A stretch of 64,000 nt of DNA, taken from positions 96,001-160,000 of the forward strand of contig JBBRPR010000001.1 in assembly GCA_038227875.1 (NCBI GenBank), written 5' to 3'. Position numbers and translations under genes: made by a program. The stretch's first letter is position 1. The number at the start of each line of letters is the position of its first letter. Shown one piece after another: positions 17,883 through 28,586 of the stretch. The stretch comes from Planctomycetota bacterium (GTDB lineage: Bacteria > Planctomycetota > SZUA-567 > H5-PLA8). A model generated the notes under the pieces. That model was not told where the DNA came from. It saw only the letters and a program-made list of their open reading frames with translations, and did not search any database.

Positions 17883-19052
17883 TCATTTCGTTTTCCAATC
17901 CAGCGCTCCGGCAGTGCCGCGCACGATCTCCCGGTACACATGGTCCCGTTCCACGGCCTCGCCACCGGCTTCGCTGATCAGACGCTTCAGGTCTTTGACG
18001 GTGAGCGCCTGGGGCGAATCGGCGCCAGCCATGTGGTAGATCTTTTCCTGGAGCACGGTGCCGTCGAAGTCGCTCGCGCCGTACGCCAGAGCGATCTGCG
18101 CGACGGGGACGGAGAGCATGATCCAGTACGCCTTGACGTGCGGGAAGTTATCGAGCATCAGCCGCGAAACGGCGTAGGTGCGGAGTTCGTCGACGGCGCT
18201 GGGGCCGCGTTCGACTTTCAGGACGTTGTTTTCCGGATGGTACGAGAGCGGAATGAAGGCGAGGAAGCCGCGCGTCTCGTCCTGCAGTTCGCGGAGTTGG
18301 ACCAGGTGATCGACGCGCTGCTGAAACGACTCCACGTGGCCGTAAAGCATCGTGGCGTTGCTGGGGACGCCGACGCTGTGAGACTGGCGGTGCAGATCCA
18401 GCCACTCGGCGCTGGTCTCCTTGCCGGCGCAGATTTTCTTGCGCAGGCCGTCATCGAGCACTTCCGCGCCGCCGCCGGGGAGCGAGTCGAGACCGGCTTC
18501 CTTGAGCGCGATCAGCGTTTCTTTGGGCGAGAGATTGGCCAGCGCGCTCAAGTGGTAGATTTCGATGGCGGTGAAACACTTCAGGCCGACCTTTTTGTGT
18601 TTCGCACGGATGCCGCGGAGCATCTCCGTGTAGTAACTGAACGGAAAATCGGGATGCAGTCCGCCAACGATGTGAATTTCCGTCGCGCCACTGGCGGCGA
18701 TGTCGTCGGCGTGATGGAACACTTCTTCGAGCGGCATTTCGTAGCCGCCGGCGCGCCGGTCGCGGCCCTTGCGCCGGTAGAACGAGCAGAAGGCGCAGGA
18801 GAGCGTGCAGAAATTGGAGTAATTGATGTGCCCGTTGACGACGTAAAAGACGCGGCGGCCGTGCTTCTGGCGGGCGACCCACTGGGCGAGGGCGCCGACG
18901 TCCATGACGTGCGGGGACTGGAACAGCGCCAAGCCATCTGCCGCGGTGAGCCGCTGGCCGGAGGCGATTTTGTCACGGATGGGAAGCAGCTCCGCAGCCA
19001 CGGCGGGCGGTTCCACGGCTTCCGTTTGAACGGCGCTGTCGAGCACAGCCAT
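17883..19052 (-). CDS. mqnE: Aminofutalosine synthase (radical SAM, CofH/MqnE family)
   Basis: HINYSNFCTLSCAFC, DSLPGGGAE, SNATMLYGH, HVKAYW and DFDGTVLQEKIYHMAGA. Confidence 0.85.
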   Translation of the reverse strand: MAVLDSAVQTEAVEPPAVAAELLPIRDKIASGQRLTAADGLALFQSPHVMDVGALAQWVARQKHGRRVFYVVNGHINYSNFCTLSCAFCSFYRRKGRDRRAGGYEMPLEEVFHHADDIAASGATEIHIVGGLHPDFPFSYYTEMLRGIRAKHKKVGLKCFTAIEIYHLSALANLSPKETLIALKEAGLDSLPGGGAEVLDDGLRKKICAGKETSAEWLDLHRQSHSVGVPSNATMLYGHVESFQQRVDHLVQLRELQDETRGFLAFIPLSYHPENNVLKVERGPSAVDELRTYAVSRLMLDNFPHVKAYWIMLSVPVAQIALAYGASDFDGTVLQEKIYHMAGADSPQALTVKDLKRLISEAGGEAVERDHVYREIVRGTAGALDWKTK

Positions 19053-19315
19053 CGTTGAAAACTCTCCAAGCTATACATTCTCAGTCTAGCGAATCAAGGT
19101 TGGGAAGATAGCGCAGGGCACGGTGAGCGGAATGGGACTCGCGCGAAAGCGGTTGCGGTGCGGAACTTGGAGCAGTTCGTCGCTTTACAGCAGCAGTTTG
19201 CTCATTTAAAAACATGGCCCGTGCAGGAAGGCAGACAAGTTCTGCGTCCCTTTTTTATGTGTCGTCGCCGGTCGGTCCCCATTCAAAGTGTGCAACCCAA
19301 GGAGATCTCAAAAAG

Positions 19316-21931
19316 ATGAGCGTCACTGGTCGTTGCGTAGGATTTCTCCGTCGCCATAAGTTCTTAAGTTATTGCCTCCTGTCCACGCTCGTCGTCGTCC
19401 TCTTCAATCTCTCCGGAATGAATAATTCCAAGGTGCACGCCGAAGACGCCGGCGGGCCGAAGCCTGGTCCCACTGCGGACGCCAAGGCAGCGGCAGAAGA
19501 TTTTCAGTATTTCGAATTCTTATCCAAACCCACGTACTCCCAGGCGGAAAAAATCGGTCTCTTCGTGACACTCGGTGTTGCGGTGGCCGGCTTGCTCTAC
19601 GCGGCGATGTTGATGAAGCAGGTCAACGCCGCCGACAAGGGCACGCTGAAAATGCAGGAGGTTGCCAACGCCGTGCGCGAAGGCGCTGACGCGTACCTGA
19701 AGCGGCAGTTGAGCACCGTGGCGGTGCTGATCGCGATTCTAGTGGTCGTGCTATATGTGACCAAAGCAATGACGTCGGAGAAAGGCTTTTCCGATCCCTT
19801 TGCGATTGGACGCGCACTGGCTTTTCTGATGGGCGCGCTATTCTCCGGCACGGTTGGATTCGTCGGCATGCGACTGGCGACGACGGGCAACTTGCGAGTG
19901 GCTGCGGCAGCGCCGATCGGCTTCGGTCGCGCGCTGATGCTGGGCTATCGCACCGGAACCATCACGGGAATGCTGACGGACGGTTTGGGCCTGCTCGGCG
20001 GCACGCTGATTTTCATGATCTACGGCGAACATGCTTATGAAGCGCTGCTCGGCTTCGGCTTCGGCGGCACGCTCCTGGCGCTCTTCATGCGTGTCGGCGG
20101 CGGCATCTACACCAAGGCCGCGGACGTCGGCGCGGACCTGGTCGGCAAGGTTGAAAAGGACATTCCTGAAGACGATCCGCGCAACGCAGCGACGATCGCC
20201 GACAACGTGGGCGACAATGTCGGTGACTGCGCCGGAATGGCGGCCGACATTTTCGAATCGTACGAAGTAACGATCGTCGCGGCCATGATCCTGGGCTGGA
20301 CGGCGTTCGGACACAAAGGCGTGCTCTTCCCCATTCTCGTCCGCGCCATCGGCGTAGTGGCGTCGATCATCTCGACGTACCTCGTGAAGGCCGGAGACAA
20401 GGGCAATGTCAGCGAAGCGATGAAGTCGATCAACTTTGGATTCATCGTCGGCTCGTGCTTGTCAATCCTGGGGTTCCTGGTCCTGGGTTACTTCTATCTG
20501 CATAACTTGAGGTACGCTGGCAGCGAACTTGTTCCAGCCTGGGCGGTGGTGCCGAGTTGGGCCAGTTTTGGCGATCCAACGCTGGACATGAGACCGGCCT
20601 ATGCGTGTCTGGTCGGCATTATCCTGTGTATTGGCCTGAACAAGATCACGGAAGTCTTCACAGGAACGGAGCACTCACCGGTTAAGGGCATGGTCCGCAA
20701 CTGCACCACTGGGCACGCGACGAACATCATCGAAGGTTTCGCGGTCGGTTACGAATCGGCAGTGTGGACTGCGCTGATGCTATGCGCCGCAATCATCGCG
20801 TCGGTTTTCGTTTACACCGGCACCAATCCGATCTACGTCGCCTATGGTGTCGCGATGTGCGGTATCGGCATGCTGACGTTGACGGGCAATACGATCTCCA
20901 TGGACGTCTTTGGACCGGTGGCCGACAACGCCAACGGCATCGGCGAAATGGGTTACGACCGCAAGGAGATGGGCGAAGAGAAGTACAAGGAAGCCCGTCA
21001 AATTCTCTCCGATCTCGACGCTGTCGGCAATACCACCAAGGCGGTGACCAAGGGTGTGGCAATTGGCTCGGCGGTGATCGCGGCTGTTTCGCTGTTCGCC
21101 AGTTACATCACGGTAATCGGCTCCGGCGGACAGGGCGAAAAGGAAGCACTTCCGATCACGATGTTCAACGATGTCGCCGGAATGCTCTCGATCTCCGATC
21201 CCCGGCTGCTGGTCGGCATGCTCATTGGTGGCGCGGTGCCGATGCTCTTCTCCTCGATGACCATCCGCGCCGTCGGCCGCGCGGCATTTTTGATCGTGAA
21301 CGAATGTCGCGTGCAGTTCCGCGATAAGGAAATCTGGGCGGGCACGAAGAAGCCGGATTACGCCCGTGTCGTCCGCATCTGCACCGAATCGGCGCAGCAG
21401 GAACTGGTCGGCCCGGCGTTCCTGGCCGTCTTCTCGCCGGTGCTGGTTGGGTTTGTGCTGGGGCCTGTGGCGCTGGCCGGATTCCTGGGTGGCTCGATCG
21501 TTGTGGGTCAGCTCCTCGCCTCGTTCATGTGCAATGCCGGCGGCGCGTGGGACAACGCCAAGAAGATGGTTGAAGATGAACCGCGTAACCTGGAAGCGAA
21601 CACCGGCAAGGGCAGCGAAAAGCACAAGGCTGCCGTGACCGGCGACACGGTTGGCGATCCGCTGAAAGACACCGCCGGCCCGGCCGTCAATCCGTTGCTG
21701 AAGGTGATGAACATGGTCGCCATCCTGACGGTGCCATTGATGATCACCTACCATGCGGATCTGGTGAAATCGATCAAGGAATTTGCGATCAAGGAAAGTT
21801 ACAAGCTCCCCGAGACGTTCGATGTGGCCAAGAGCAACATTCTTTACTGGGCCGCGATTGTGATTTCCCTGGCCGCACTAACCTGGGCGATCAAGCAGTC
21901 CCACCGCGAGCCGGAAAAGGCCGCGGAGTAG
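19316..21931 (+). CDS. hppA: Membrane-bound pyrophosphatase, predicted K+-independent H+ pump
   Basis: GGGIYTKAADVGADLVGKVE, EDDPRN, DNVGDNVGD and GDTVGDPLKD; GNTTKAVTKG has Lys at the K+-dependence determinant. AAGGAG RBS upstream of ATG 19316. Confidence 0.95.
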   Translation: MSVTGRCVGFLRRHKFLSYCLLSTLVVVLFNLSGMNNSKVHAEDAGGPKPGPTADAKAAAEDFQYFEFLSKPTYSQAEKIGLFVTLGVAVAGLLYAAMLMKQVNAADKGTLKMQEVANAVREGADAYLKRQLSTVAVLIAILVVVLYVTKAMTSEKGFSDPFAIGRALAFLMGALFSGTVGFVGMRLATTGNLRVAAAAPIGFGRALMLGYRTGTITGMLTDGLGLLGGTLIFMIYGEHAYEALLGFGFGGTLLALFMRVGGGIYTKAADVGADLVGKVEKDIPEDDPRNAATIADNVGDNVGDCAGMAADIFESYEVTIVAAMILGWTAFGHKGVLFPILVRAIGVVASIISTYLVKAGDKGNVSEAMKSINFGFIVGSCLSILGFLVLGYFYLHNLRYAGSELVPAWAVVPSWASFGDPTLDMRPAYACLVGIILCIGLNKITEVFTGTEHSPVKGMVRNCTTGHATNIIEGFAVGYESAVWTALMLCAAIIASVFVYTGTNPIYVAYGVAMCGIGMLTLTGNTISMDVFGPVADNANGIGEMGYDRKEMGEEKYKEARQILSDLDAVGNTTKAVTKGVAIGSAVIAAVSLFASYITVIGSGGQGEKEALPITMFNDVAGMLSISDPRLLVGMLIGGAVPMLFSSMTIRAVGRAAFLIVNECRVQFRDKEIWAGTKKPDYARVVRICTESAQQELVGPAFLAVFSPVLVGFVLGPVALAGFLGGSIVVGQLLASFMCNAGGAWDNAKKMVEDEPRNLEANTGKGSEKHKAAVTGDTVGDPLKDTAGPAVNPLLKVMNMVAILTVPLMITYHADLVKSIKEFAIKESYKLPETFDVAKSNILYWAAIVISLAALTWAIKQSHREPEKAAE

Positions 21932-21975
21932 TACGGCTGAGTCGCCAGAAAGTTGACAGCAACAGAACGAAATTG

Positions 21976-22011
21976 AAAACGGCGGACGCTTTCTGAGCGT
22001 CCGTCGTTTTT
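21976..22011. terminator. Bidirectional intrinsic terminator
   Basis: AAAACGGCGGACGCT-TTCTG-AGCGTCCGTCGTTTTT between convergent genes. Confidence 0.85.
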
Positions 22012-22025
22012 GTTTGAGTGGTCTT

Positions 22026-22820
22026 TTAGAATTCGAATGGACCGCCGAAGAGCATTTTTTCGACGGGGTCTTTGGCGTCCAGATACGCCTGACGGACGGC
22101 TTCGCAAGGCTTGATCGTCCGCGGCGTGCGAACGGGCGTGGAGAAGAACGCGAAGTTCATCATGATTCGCATGCCCTCCACTTTTCGCGCCGACCCGCGG
22201 TGCCAGGCACGCTGATCCCAGATCACCACGTCGCCTTTTCCAGGAAGGAAGGGCTCCTCGTGGAAGCCCTTCGGGTCATACGGCGAGAGCGATGGGTCGC
22301 GGTGCGAGCGTGGAATGACATAGGTCGGCCCGTGCTCGGGTGTCATATCCGTAAAGTATGCAGCCGTGTGAATCCACGCCGGATAGTGATAACCGCCGGG
22401 CGCGTTGACCGACCCGTAGCCCCAGTGGTCGCCGTCCTTGTGCCAGTCGTGAACCAGTTTCTGATCTGGATTCGATGGTTTGAGCAGCCAGGACGGACTG
22501 GCGAGTGAGATCGTCGGTTTTTCGCGCTCCCACGCGAAGGCCGTTTGGATCGCATCGCGCAAGCGTGGCGCGCGGGCTGGATTAATCACCAGCGGACTTT
22601 CGAGCGGCAACTCGTACGGTTGATACCACTGCGAACCCTTCACGATGATCGATTTGAGTTGCGCGACATAGTCATCAACGGTCTCGGAATCGAAGACACC
22701 ATGGATGATCGCGTAACCTTTCTCGCGAAAGTGGAGCAGCGCGTTGCCGAGGTCGTTGGGATGCTGAAGTTGTGTGTTGAATTTCAGAGCGGGCTCGAGT
22801 GCCGTCAACATGGTTCTCAC
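22026..22820 (-). CDS. Phytanoyl-CoA dioxygenase (PhyH) family Fe/2OG enzyme
   Basis: FREKGYAII, WHKD, GPTYVIPRSH and GDVVIWDQRAWHRG. Confidence 0.88.
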   Translation of the reverse strand: MRTMLTALEPALKFNTQLQHPNDLGNALLHFREKGYAIIHGVFDSETVDDYVAQLKSIIVKGSQWYQPYELPLESPLVINPARAPRLRDAIQTAFAWEREKPTISLASPSWLLKPSNPDQKLVHDWHKDGDHWGYGSVNAPGGYHYPAWIHTAAYFTDMTPEHGPTYVIPRSHRDPSLSPYDPKGFHEEPFLPGKGDVVIWDQRAWHRGSARKVEGMRIMMNFAFFSTPVRTPRTIKPCEAVRQAYLDAKDPVEKMLFGGPFEF

Positions 22821-22995
22821 ATCCTAAAAAAGGTTAACATTTATTTATATTAGTTAACCCAATTTGAAGACGAAAGTCAATAATTCAAAAAGATTGCAAA
22901 TACGATCTCATAAACATCATGGCTGAATAATGTTGCAAGGATTTCTCTAGTGTCGTCCTGGGCGTCTTTGCCACTCCGCGAGTAAATAAAACTAT

Positions 22996-23829
22996 CTACA
23001 CGCGGTCAGTATTGCGGTACGCCGCCGGCGACAGCCCCATGCGCCGTGAAAAAACACGCGTGAAATAGAAGCGGTCGCAGAATCCCGTCTGCGCCGCGAT
23101 GCTGTCGATGTTCTCCGCCGTAAACGCCAGCATGTGAGCCGCGGCGCTAATGCGCCGGTCGAGAATGTACTGCGCCGGCGTCTGGCCGATGCAGCGCTTG
23201 AACAGCCGGATGAAATGATCGTCGCTGACGTGGCAGAGCGCCGCGAGCGCGTCGTTATCCAGTGGCGCGTCGAGATGCTTGTCGATGTAGTCGATCGCCG
23301 GCGTGACGCTCTGCTGCCCCAGCAGATGGCGGCAGCAGCGCGCGTGCTGTTCGGGCGCGAGGCTGCGCATCATCACGCCCAGCGCGGAATACGCCAGGGA
23401 TTTGACGCGGCAGAGCACCGCCAGATCCTGTGGCGTCTGCGCACGCATGTCACCGACCCACTGAGCCTGGAGCGCGTCGAGAAGCCTGCTTTTCGGCAGC
23501 GTTACGGGCCTGTCGAAAACATCGCGTACGAGATTGGCGGTGAGGCCCAGCACATCGAAGTGGATGTAGCAATGGTCGAGCGGCGTGCGGTTGAAACACG
23601 AAAACCGGACCCAGGCGGGAATGATGTGGACGCGGTTGGGCGTGAGTGCGAATTCCCCATGCGGCAGGATGGCTTTCGCGCCGCCTCGGTTATTCACATA
23701 GAGGCGCCAGAAGTTGCTGTAGACGTCCTGCGTGTTCCAATCCGCGGCGATGTGGACGCCTCTAGAGGTAAAGATGCGGATATGGAGTTCGTCGAGCAGA
23801 TTCAGTGGCTGGGCCTGCGCAGTAGCCAT
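22996..23829 (-). CDS. AraC family transcriptional regulator
   Basis: HFIRLFKRCIGQTPAQYI and IAAQTGFCDRFYFTRVFSRRMGLSPAAYR. Confidence 0.93.
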   Translation of the reverse strand: MATAQAQPLNLLDELHIRIFTSRGVHIAADWNTQDVYSNFWRLYVNNRGGAKAILPHGEFALTPNRVHIIPAWVRFSCFNRTPLDHCYIHFDVLGLTANLVRDVFDRPVTLPKSRLLDALQAQWVGDMRAQTPQDLAVLCRVKSLAYSALGVMMRSLAPEQHARCCRHLLGQQSVTPAIDYIDKHLDAPLDNDALAALCHVSDDHFIRLFKRCIGQTPAQYILDRRISAAAHMLAFTAENIDSIAAQTGFCDRFYFTRVFSRRMGLSPAAYRNTDRV

Positions 23830-23963
23830 GGCACCTCATGTCGAAAAAACACACAAGTTTGACAACTTCGCCCATGGATCAATCCATGCCGCGCATGCTA
23901 TCTTGAGCGCACTGGATTGAACACTGTCGAATTACTTCAAAGAAGAAAACAGGAGCGCAAATC

Positions 23964-24866
23964 ATGAGTGCCGCGACCGTCACCGTGCAGGACCTGGAAG
24001 TCTTCGCCGAGAAGCTCGACGTCAACAAAGCCGCGGAGATCTACCGCGAGCACGGCGCGCTGGTGGTGCGCGGGCTCATGAAACCGTACGTCGAAGCGAT
24101 CCGCGCCGACATCGAACACGCCGCCGCGCAGGCGATCACGCTCCTCGACAAGGCCGAAAAACGCCCCGAAGGCTGGGTGACGCCCGACGGTACGCTCTGG
24201 CTTCCGGCGCCGAAGAATTTCTCGCGGGACAAGCAGATCATGGTGTTGGGCTGCGGCTACACGACCAGCGCGGCGTTCTTCCGCTCGGCGCTGGAGACGA
24301 AAACGCTGGACATCGTCGAGCGCATCCTCGGGCCGGACATCGAGCTGTTCCTCAACGGGCAGTGCCTCTACAAGGAACCCGTCGGCGGCCATGCCAAGAA
24401 CCTGCATCAGGACGGCGCGTACTTCGAACACCGCTACGAAGGTCCTGTGGCGAGCCTCAATTACGTCGTCGATACCGATCTGAATAACGGCGCGCTCTAC
24501 GTGATTCCCGGCACGCACAAGATGGACATGATCAAGCACGTCGACACCAGCAGCCACCTGGGGCTAGACGAGCACGAATGGCCGTGGGAACGGGCGCTGC
24601 CGATCTGCGGCAAAGCTGGTGATGCGATTTTCTTCACGGTGAAAACGGTCCATGGTTCGAAGTCGAATTCATCCAACGCCGCGCGCCCGGTCTTTATCCA
24701 CCGCTACCGCCGCGCCGACGATTATGTCGTGATCAACGCGACGTTGACGGACAACCGCGCCAAGGCCGAACAGCGCGTCAAGGAAGCGAAGAAGGAAAAT
24801 CAGCAGGGATTCATGGTCCGCGGCCGCCGCACGATGGACGCGTGGTCTGAGTTCGAAGCCGTTTAG
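23964..24866 (+). CDS. PhyH family Fe/2OG dioxygenase
   Basis: LHQDGAYF, NGALYVIPGTH and AGDAIFFTVKTVHGS; AGGAG RBS. Confidence 0.9.
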   Translation: MSAATVTVQDLEVFAEKLDVNKAAEIYREHGALVVRGLMKPYVEAIRADIEHAAAQAITLLDKAEKRPEGWVTPDGTLWLPAPKNFSRDKQIMVLGCGYTTSAAFFRSALETKTLDIVERILGPDIELFLNGQCLYKEPVGGHAKNLHQDGAYFEHRYEGPVASLNYVVDTDLNNGALYVIPGTHKMDMIKHVDTSSHLGLDEHEWPWERALPICGKAGDAIFFTVKTVHGSKSNSSNAARPVFIHRYRRADDYVVINATLTDNRAKAEQRVKEAKKENQQGFMVRGRRTMDAWSEFEAV

Positions 24867-26512
24867 AAACCGGGCGGTCTATTGCGGCGGTGCGGCGCGC
24901 TTAACGGTGCGCCGCTCTTTTTTTCCGTGGACTCATCGGTGGCCGTATCGGAGATCGCTTCTTCCAGATCGCTGGTGGCCGAGTTGGGATGCGCGTCTTC
25001 GTTCTGGTGCTCATCCGAGTGTGATTCAGCGGGCTGCGACTCCTCGTGCGGCAGTTCGCTGACATCCGGTGATTCCAGATGACCGGCGGACGCGCGCGGC
25101 AGATTCAAAATCGCGGTGTTGCTCTCCGTCGTCGCGGCGGTTTCGTTGTGCGTGCCGTTCAAGGGCGTGTTGCCATCCAGGTCCAGCGTCCCGATCGCGG
25201 GCAGGCGTTCGACAGTGATTTTCTTCAGGCGCCGGCCTTCGCGCTTGGAGACGCGGAACGCCAGCCCACTGTGCTTGAGCACGTCCGATTCTTTCGGCAC
25301 ACGTCCGGCGAGCTGGAAAACTAGCCCCGCCACGGTTTCGAACGAACCTTCGGGCATCTCGAACGACGGGAAGAGATCCTTCAGGCGTTCGACGCTGGTC
25401 TTGCCGTCGAAGATGATCGTACCGTCGCGGCCGCGCTGAACTTCCGCCGGTTCGGAATCGTATTCGTCCTGAATTTCGCCGACAATCTCTTCGATCACGT
25501 CTTCCAGCGTCACCAGTCCGCAGGTGTCGCCGAATTCGTCGACGACGATCGCCATGTGAACTTTGCTCTTCTGAAATTCCTTGAGCAGCGAGGAGACGGC
25601 CTGCGTTTCCGGCACGAACAGCGCCTCGCGCAGCAAGTCGACGAGCTTGATCAGCTTCGGATTCTGCAGCGTGTAGATCAGGTCTTTGACGTAGACGATG
25701 CCTTTGACGTTGTTCAAACTCTTGTCATAGACCGGCAGGCGCGAATAGCCCTGCTCGAAGACCTCTTTGATTTCGTCCTCACTGGCGCGCAGGCTCAGTG
25801 CGGCGATGTCCGGGCGGGGTTTCATGATTTCGCGCACGGTCTTGTCGTGGAACTTGAAGACGCGTTGGAGCATTTGCTGCTCGCCGGCGCTGACGACTCC
25901 GGCGCGCTTGCTTTCGGCCAGCAGCATCAGCAGCTCTTCTTCCGAAAGCGCGCGGGAATGCGAAGACGCTGCTTTTAATCCCATCAACTTCAACAGCCAG
26001 ATCGACGAGCTGCGTAGCAGCCAGACCAGCGGCCCGAAGAGCACTTTGAAGAACAGCATCGGCTTGATCAGGTAAATCGACATCTTTTCGGCATGTTGAA
26101 GCGCCAGGCTTTTGGGCGTCAGCTCGCCGATAACAACATGGAAGTACGTGATGATAAAGAAAGCCAGGAAGATCGAAATGCCATGCTCAATACTCACGGC
26201 GCTGGCGGTCGGTAGTGCCGGCATGATTTTGGCCAGGATCGGGCCGACGATGCCTTCCGCCAGGAACGGTTCGCCGATCCAACCCAGGCCGAGGCTGGCG
26301 AGCGTTACGCCGACCTGCGTAGCCGAGATATAATCGTCGATATGTTCGATGGCCACTTTGACCAGTCTGGCCGTGGCGCTGCCTTCTGAAATGAGCTCTT
26401 CGATCCGCGTCTTCCGGACGCGCACGAGAGCAAATTCAGCGGCTACAAAGAATGCGTTGGCCAGAATCAACAGGCCAATGGCAAGGAAGTTAAATGTAAA
26501 GTCGTAGGTCAT
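24863..26512 (-). CDS. Hemolysin/CNNM family protein (DUF21-CBS-CorC) with acidic disordered tail
   Basis: NAFFVAAEFALV, GELTPKSLA, YSRLPVY and AIVVDEFGDTCGLVTLEDVIEEIVGEIQDEYD. Confidence 0.93.
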   Translation of the reverse strand: MTYDFTFNFLAIGLLILANAFFVAAEFALVRVRKTRIEELISEGSATARLVKVAIEHIDDYISATQVGVTLASLGLGWIGEPFLAEGIVGPILAKIMPALPTASAVSIEHGISIFLAFFIITYFHVVIGELTPKSLALQHAEKMSIYLIKPMLFFKVLFGPLVWLLRSSSIWLLKLMGLKAASSHSRALSEEELLMLLAESKRAGVVSAGEQQMLQRVFKFHDKTVREIMKPRPDIAALSLRASEDEIKEVFEQGYSRLPVYDKSLNNVKGIVYVKDLIYTLQNPKLIKLVDLLREALFVPETQAVSSLLKEFQKSKVHMAIVVDEFGDTCGLVTLEDVIEEIVGEIQDEYDSEPAEVQRGRDGTIIFDGKTSVERLKDLFPSFEMPEGSFETVAGLVFQLAGRVPKESDVLKHSGLAFRVSKREGRRLKKITVERLPAIGTLDLDGNTPLNGTHNETAATTESNTAILNLPRASAGHLESPDVSELPHEESQPAESHSDEHQNEDAHPNSATSDLEEAISDTATDESTEKKSGAPLSAPHRRNRPPGF

Positions 26513-26658
26513 TGGCTCGCGTTGGGCGACATCGGAATACGCCCTCCGTTCTAGCCTGAATTTCTACCATGATTGGGGGGAAAGCCAAGCGGTTATGCGT
26601 GACACGGGGCCGGGCAGGGATTCAGATTTGAGAAACCACGCGCATTGTGCATGGATTC

Positions 26659-26940
26659 TTATTGAGTCTTGACGACCAGGTCGCCTTGAATGTCAATCTG
26701 ACAGGCGAGTCGTAAGGTTGGCGCATCTTTGAGTTTAGATTCTTCAACGGCGTTGCGCGGCTTGGTGGGGCCCTGAATTTCCACCTTACAGGTACCACAG
26801 CGGCCATTGCCGCGACAATTGGCCATCGCGGCCAAGCCGGCATAAATGGGAATCTTGTTCGCGACCGCGACTTCCCGCAAGTTGGCGTGCATGGGCACGA
26901 GGACTTGGATCTTCTCTTTTTCAAACGTGATCTTCGGCAT
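26659..26940 (-). CDS. [2Fe-2S] ferredoxin
   Basis: CRGNGRCGTC...RLACQ. Confidence 0.9.
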   Translation of the reverse strand: MPKITFEKEKIQVLVPMHANLREVAVANKIPIYAGLAAMANCRGNGRCGTCKVEIQGPTKPRNAVEESKLKDAPTLRLACQIDIQGDLVVKTQ

Positions 26941-26999
26941 TGAGTGGCTCCAGCGCTCGTTCGTTCACCATCTCGGGTCGGCGCGATTATGGGGTTGGC

Positions 27000-28499
27000 T
27001 CAGATTCCAAACAAGTTCCGAATCTTGCCCAGAATATCCTGCTTGGAACCTTCCAGGTCCCGTTTGCGCCGGTCGGCGTCCATGTTGCCGAGCGCCAAGT
27101 CGAGGTCTGCACGGCGATGGGCCAGGATCTGGGCGAAGCCTTCAGCCAATTCTGGCCGCGTCTGGATGATGCTTTTGAAGGATTCCTTGTCGAGCCGGTA
27201 GCATTCGACATCGGTCCGGGCAATCACCGTGGAAGCGCGGGGTTCGCCGGTCATCAGGCCCATCTCGCCGAAGACGCTACCGGGGCCCAGTTCGCTGATC
27301 TTGCGGGACTCGCCGTTCTTCTCGACCAGCACGTCGGCATGGCCGTCGACCAGGATATACAGCCAGTGGGCTTCGGCGCCTTGTCGCGTCATCTCGTCGC
27401 CCTTGGTGAACGGCGCGGGGATGAGGTGCTCGGCCAGATGCCGGAGCTCTTCGGGGGTCAGCGAGCGCAGCAGTTCCACGTGCTGCAGCGCGATCTTGCG
27501 CTGCGCCAGGATCTGGGTCATCTTCGACGACTTTCGTTCTTCAGACTCCTGTGTGACGAAGACGGCGTGCGCGGGCATCGAGAGCGGAATGTTGGCGCGC
27601 AGCAGCGCGACATAAACGTGCGCGCGGATTTCCGAATCGGTCGGATCGTCGACGGCCAGGTCCGTGAGCCAGTAGCGGACCGCGTAGCGCCCCCAGCTTT
27701 CACTGAAGTCCATCAGGATGCAGTTGGGTTCCGGTTTCTTGGCCATGCGCTGGATGTCGGCAGAGCGGATGGCGGCGTTGACCGTATCGATCACTTTTGT
27801 GGGAGGTGTGCGGAAGTCGACGTTGAACCAGACCCAGCGCCGCCATTGGACCGGTTCGCCCTGGCGGCGGCCGAGCACGATGAATTTATTCTTCATCAAC
27901 GCGCTGTTAGGGACCAGCACGGTTTCCCAGTTGCGGGTTTCGATGGCCGTATGCCGCCAGCGCGTTTCGATCACCTTGCCGACCACGTCATCCACCTTGA
28001 TCCAGTCGCCGATGCGCAGGGATTGATCGAGCTGAATGGCCAGGCCGCCGAGGATGTTGCCGAGCGTGTCCTGCATTGAAAAACCGATGACGGCCGTGAG
28101 CACCGCGGACGTGGCGATCACCGGCGCGCCATCGAAGGCCAAGTTCCAGAAAATCAGGACCCAGACGATATGCCCTCCCGCCACGATCACGTCCTGGAGA
28201 ATGCGGGGCGAAGGGATTCGCAGCACGGGCAGCGCGACGCGGAAGAGCGTGTAGCCGCCAATGCAGATGGCGATGATGATTTCAGCAAAGAGCGCGAGGC
28301 GGAAGATCAGCGACGCCGTGCGCAGATCGCCGGTGGCGTCGGGTCCGGTCGTAAACAGCAGCATCGTTGTGGCGACGACAAAGACGGCCAGCAGCAGCGC
28401 GAGCGACTTGCGCTCGGCTTTCACGATCCGCAGCAGGATCAGGGTCACCACCACAATGCCCGCGGCCAAATAGCCATGGCCATGGAACAGAACGTTCAA
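27000..28499 (-). CDS. MscS-family channel with C-terminal cyclic-nucleotide-binding domain
   Basis: IGFSMQDTLGNILGG and VLVPNSAL; FGEMGLMTGEPRASTV cNMP cassette. Confidence 0.92.
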   Translation of the reverse strand: MNVLFHGHGYLAAGIVVVTLILLRIVKAERKSLALLLAVFVVATTMLLFTTGPDATGDLRTASLIFRLALFAEIIIAICIGGYTLFRVALPVLRIPSPRILQDVIVAGGHIVWVLIFWNLAFDGAPVIATSAVLTAVIGFSMQDTLGNILGGLAIQLDQSLRIGDWIKVDDVVGKVIETRWRHTAIETRNWETVLVPNSALMKNKFIVLGRRQGEPVQWRRWVWFNVDFRTPPTKVIDTVNAAIRSADIQRMAKKPEPNCILMDFSESWGRYAVRYWLTDLAVDDPTDSEIRAHVYVALLRANIPLSMPAHAVFVTQESEERKSSKMTQILAQRKIALQHVELLRSLTPEELRHLAEHLIPAPFTKGDEMTRQGAEAHWLYILVDGHADVLVEKNGESRKISELGPGSVFGEMGLMTGEPRASTVIARTDVECYRLDKESFKSIIQTRPELAEGFAQILAHRRADLDLALGNMDADRRKRDLEGSKQDILGKIRNLFGI

Positions 28500-28586
28500 A
28501 GCTTATTCCTCAGGGGAGATGATGAAGAAACAGTAAAGCTGAATCCCGGGGGAAAGGGAAGCGGATTTTTAGCCTTCCGTTAGCGC

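Noticed and set aside
17883..19052. CofH, MqnC or ThiH assignment
   Set aside because: HVKAYW and DGTV..EKIYHMAGA fit MqnE better, though the distinction was made by eye.
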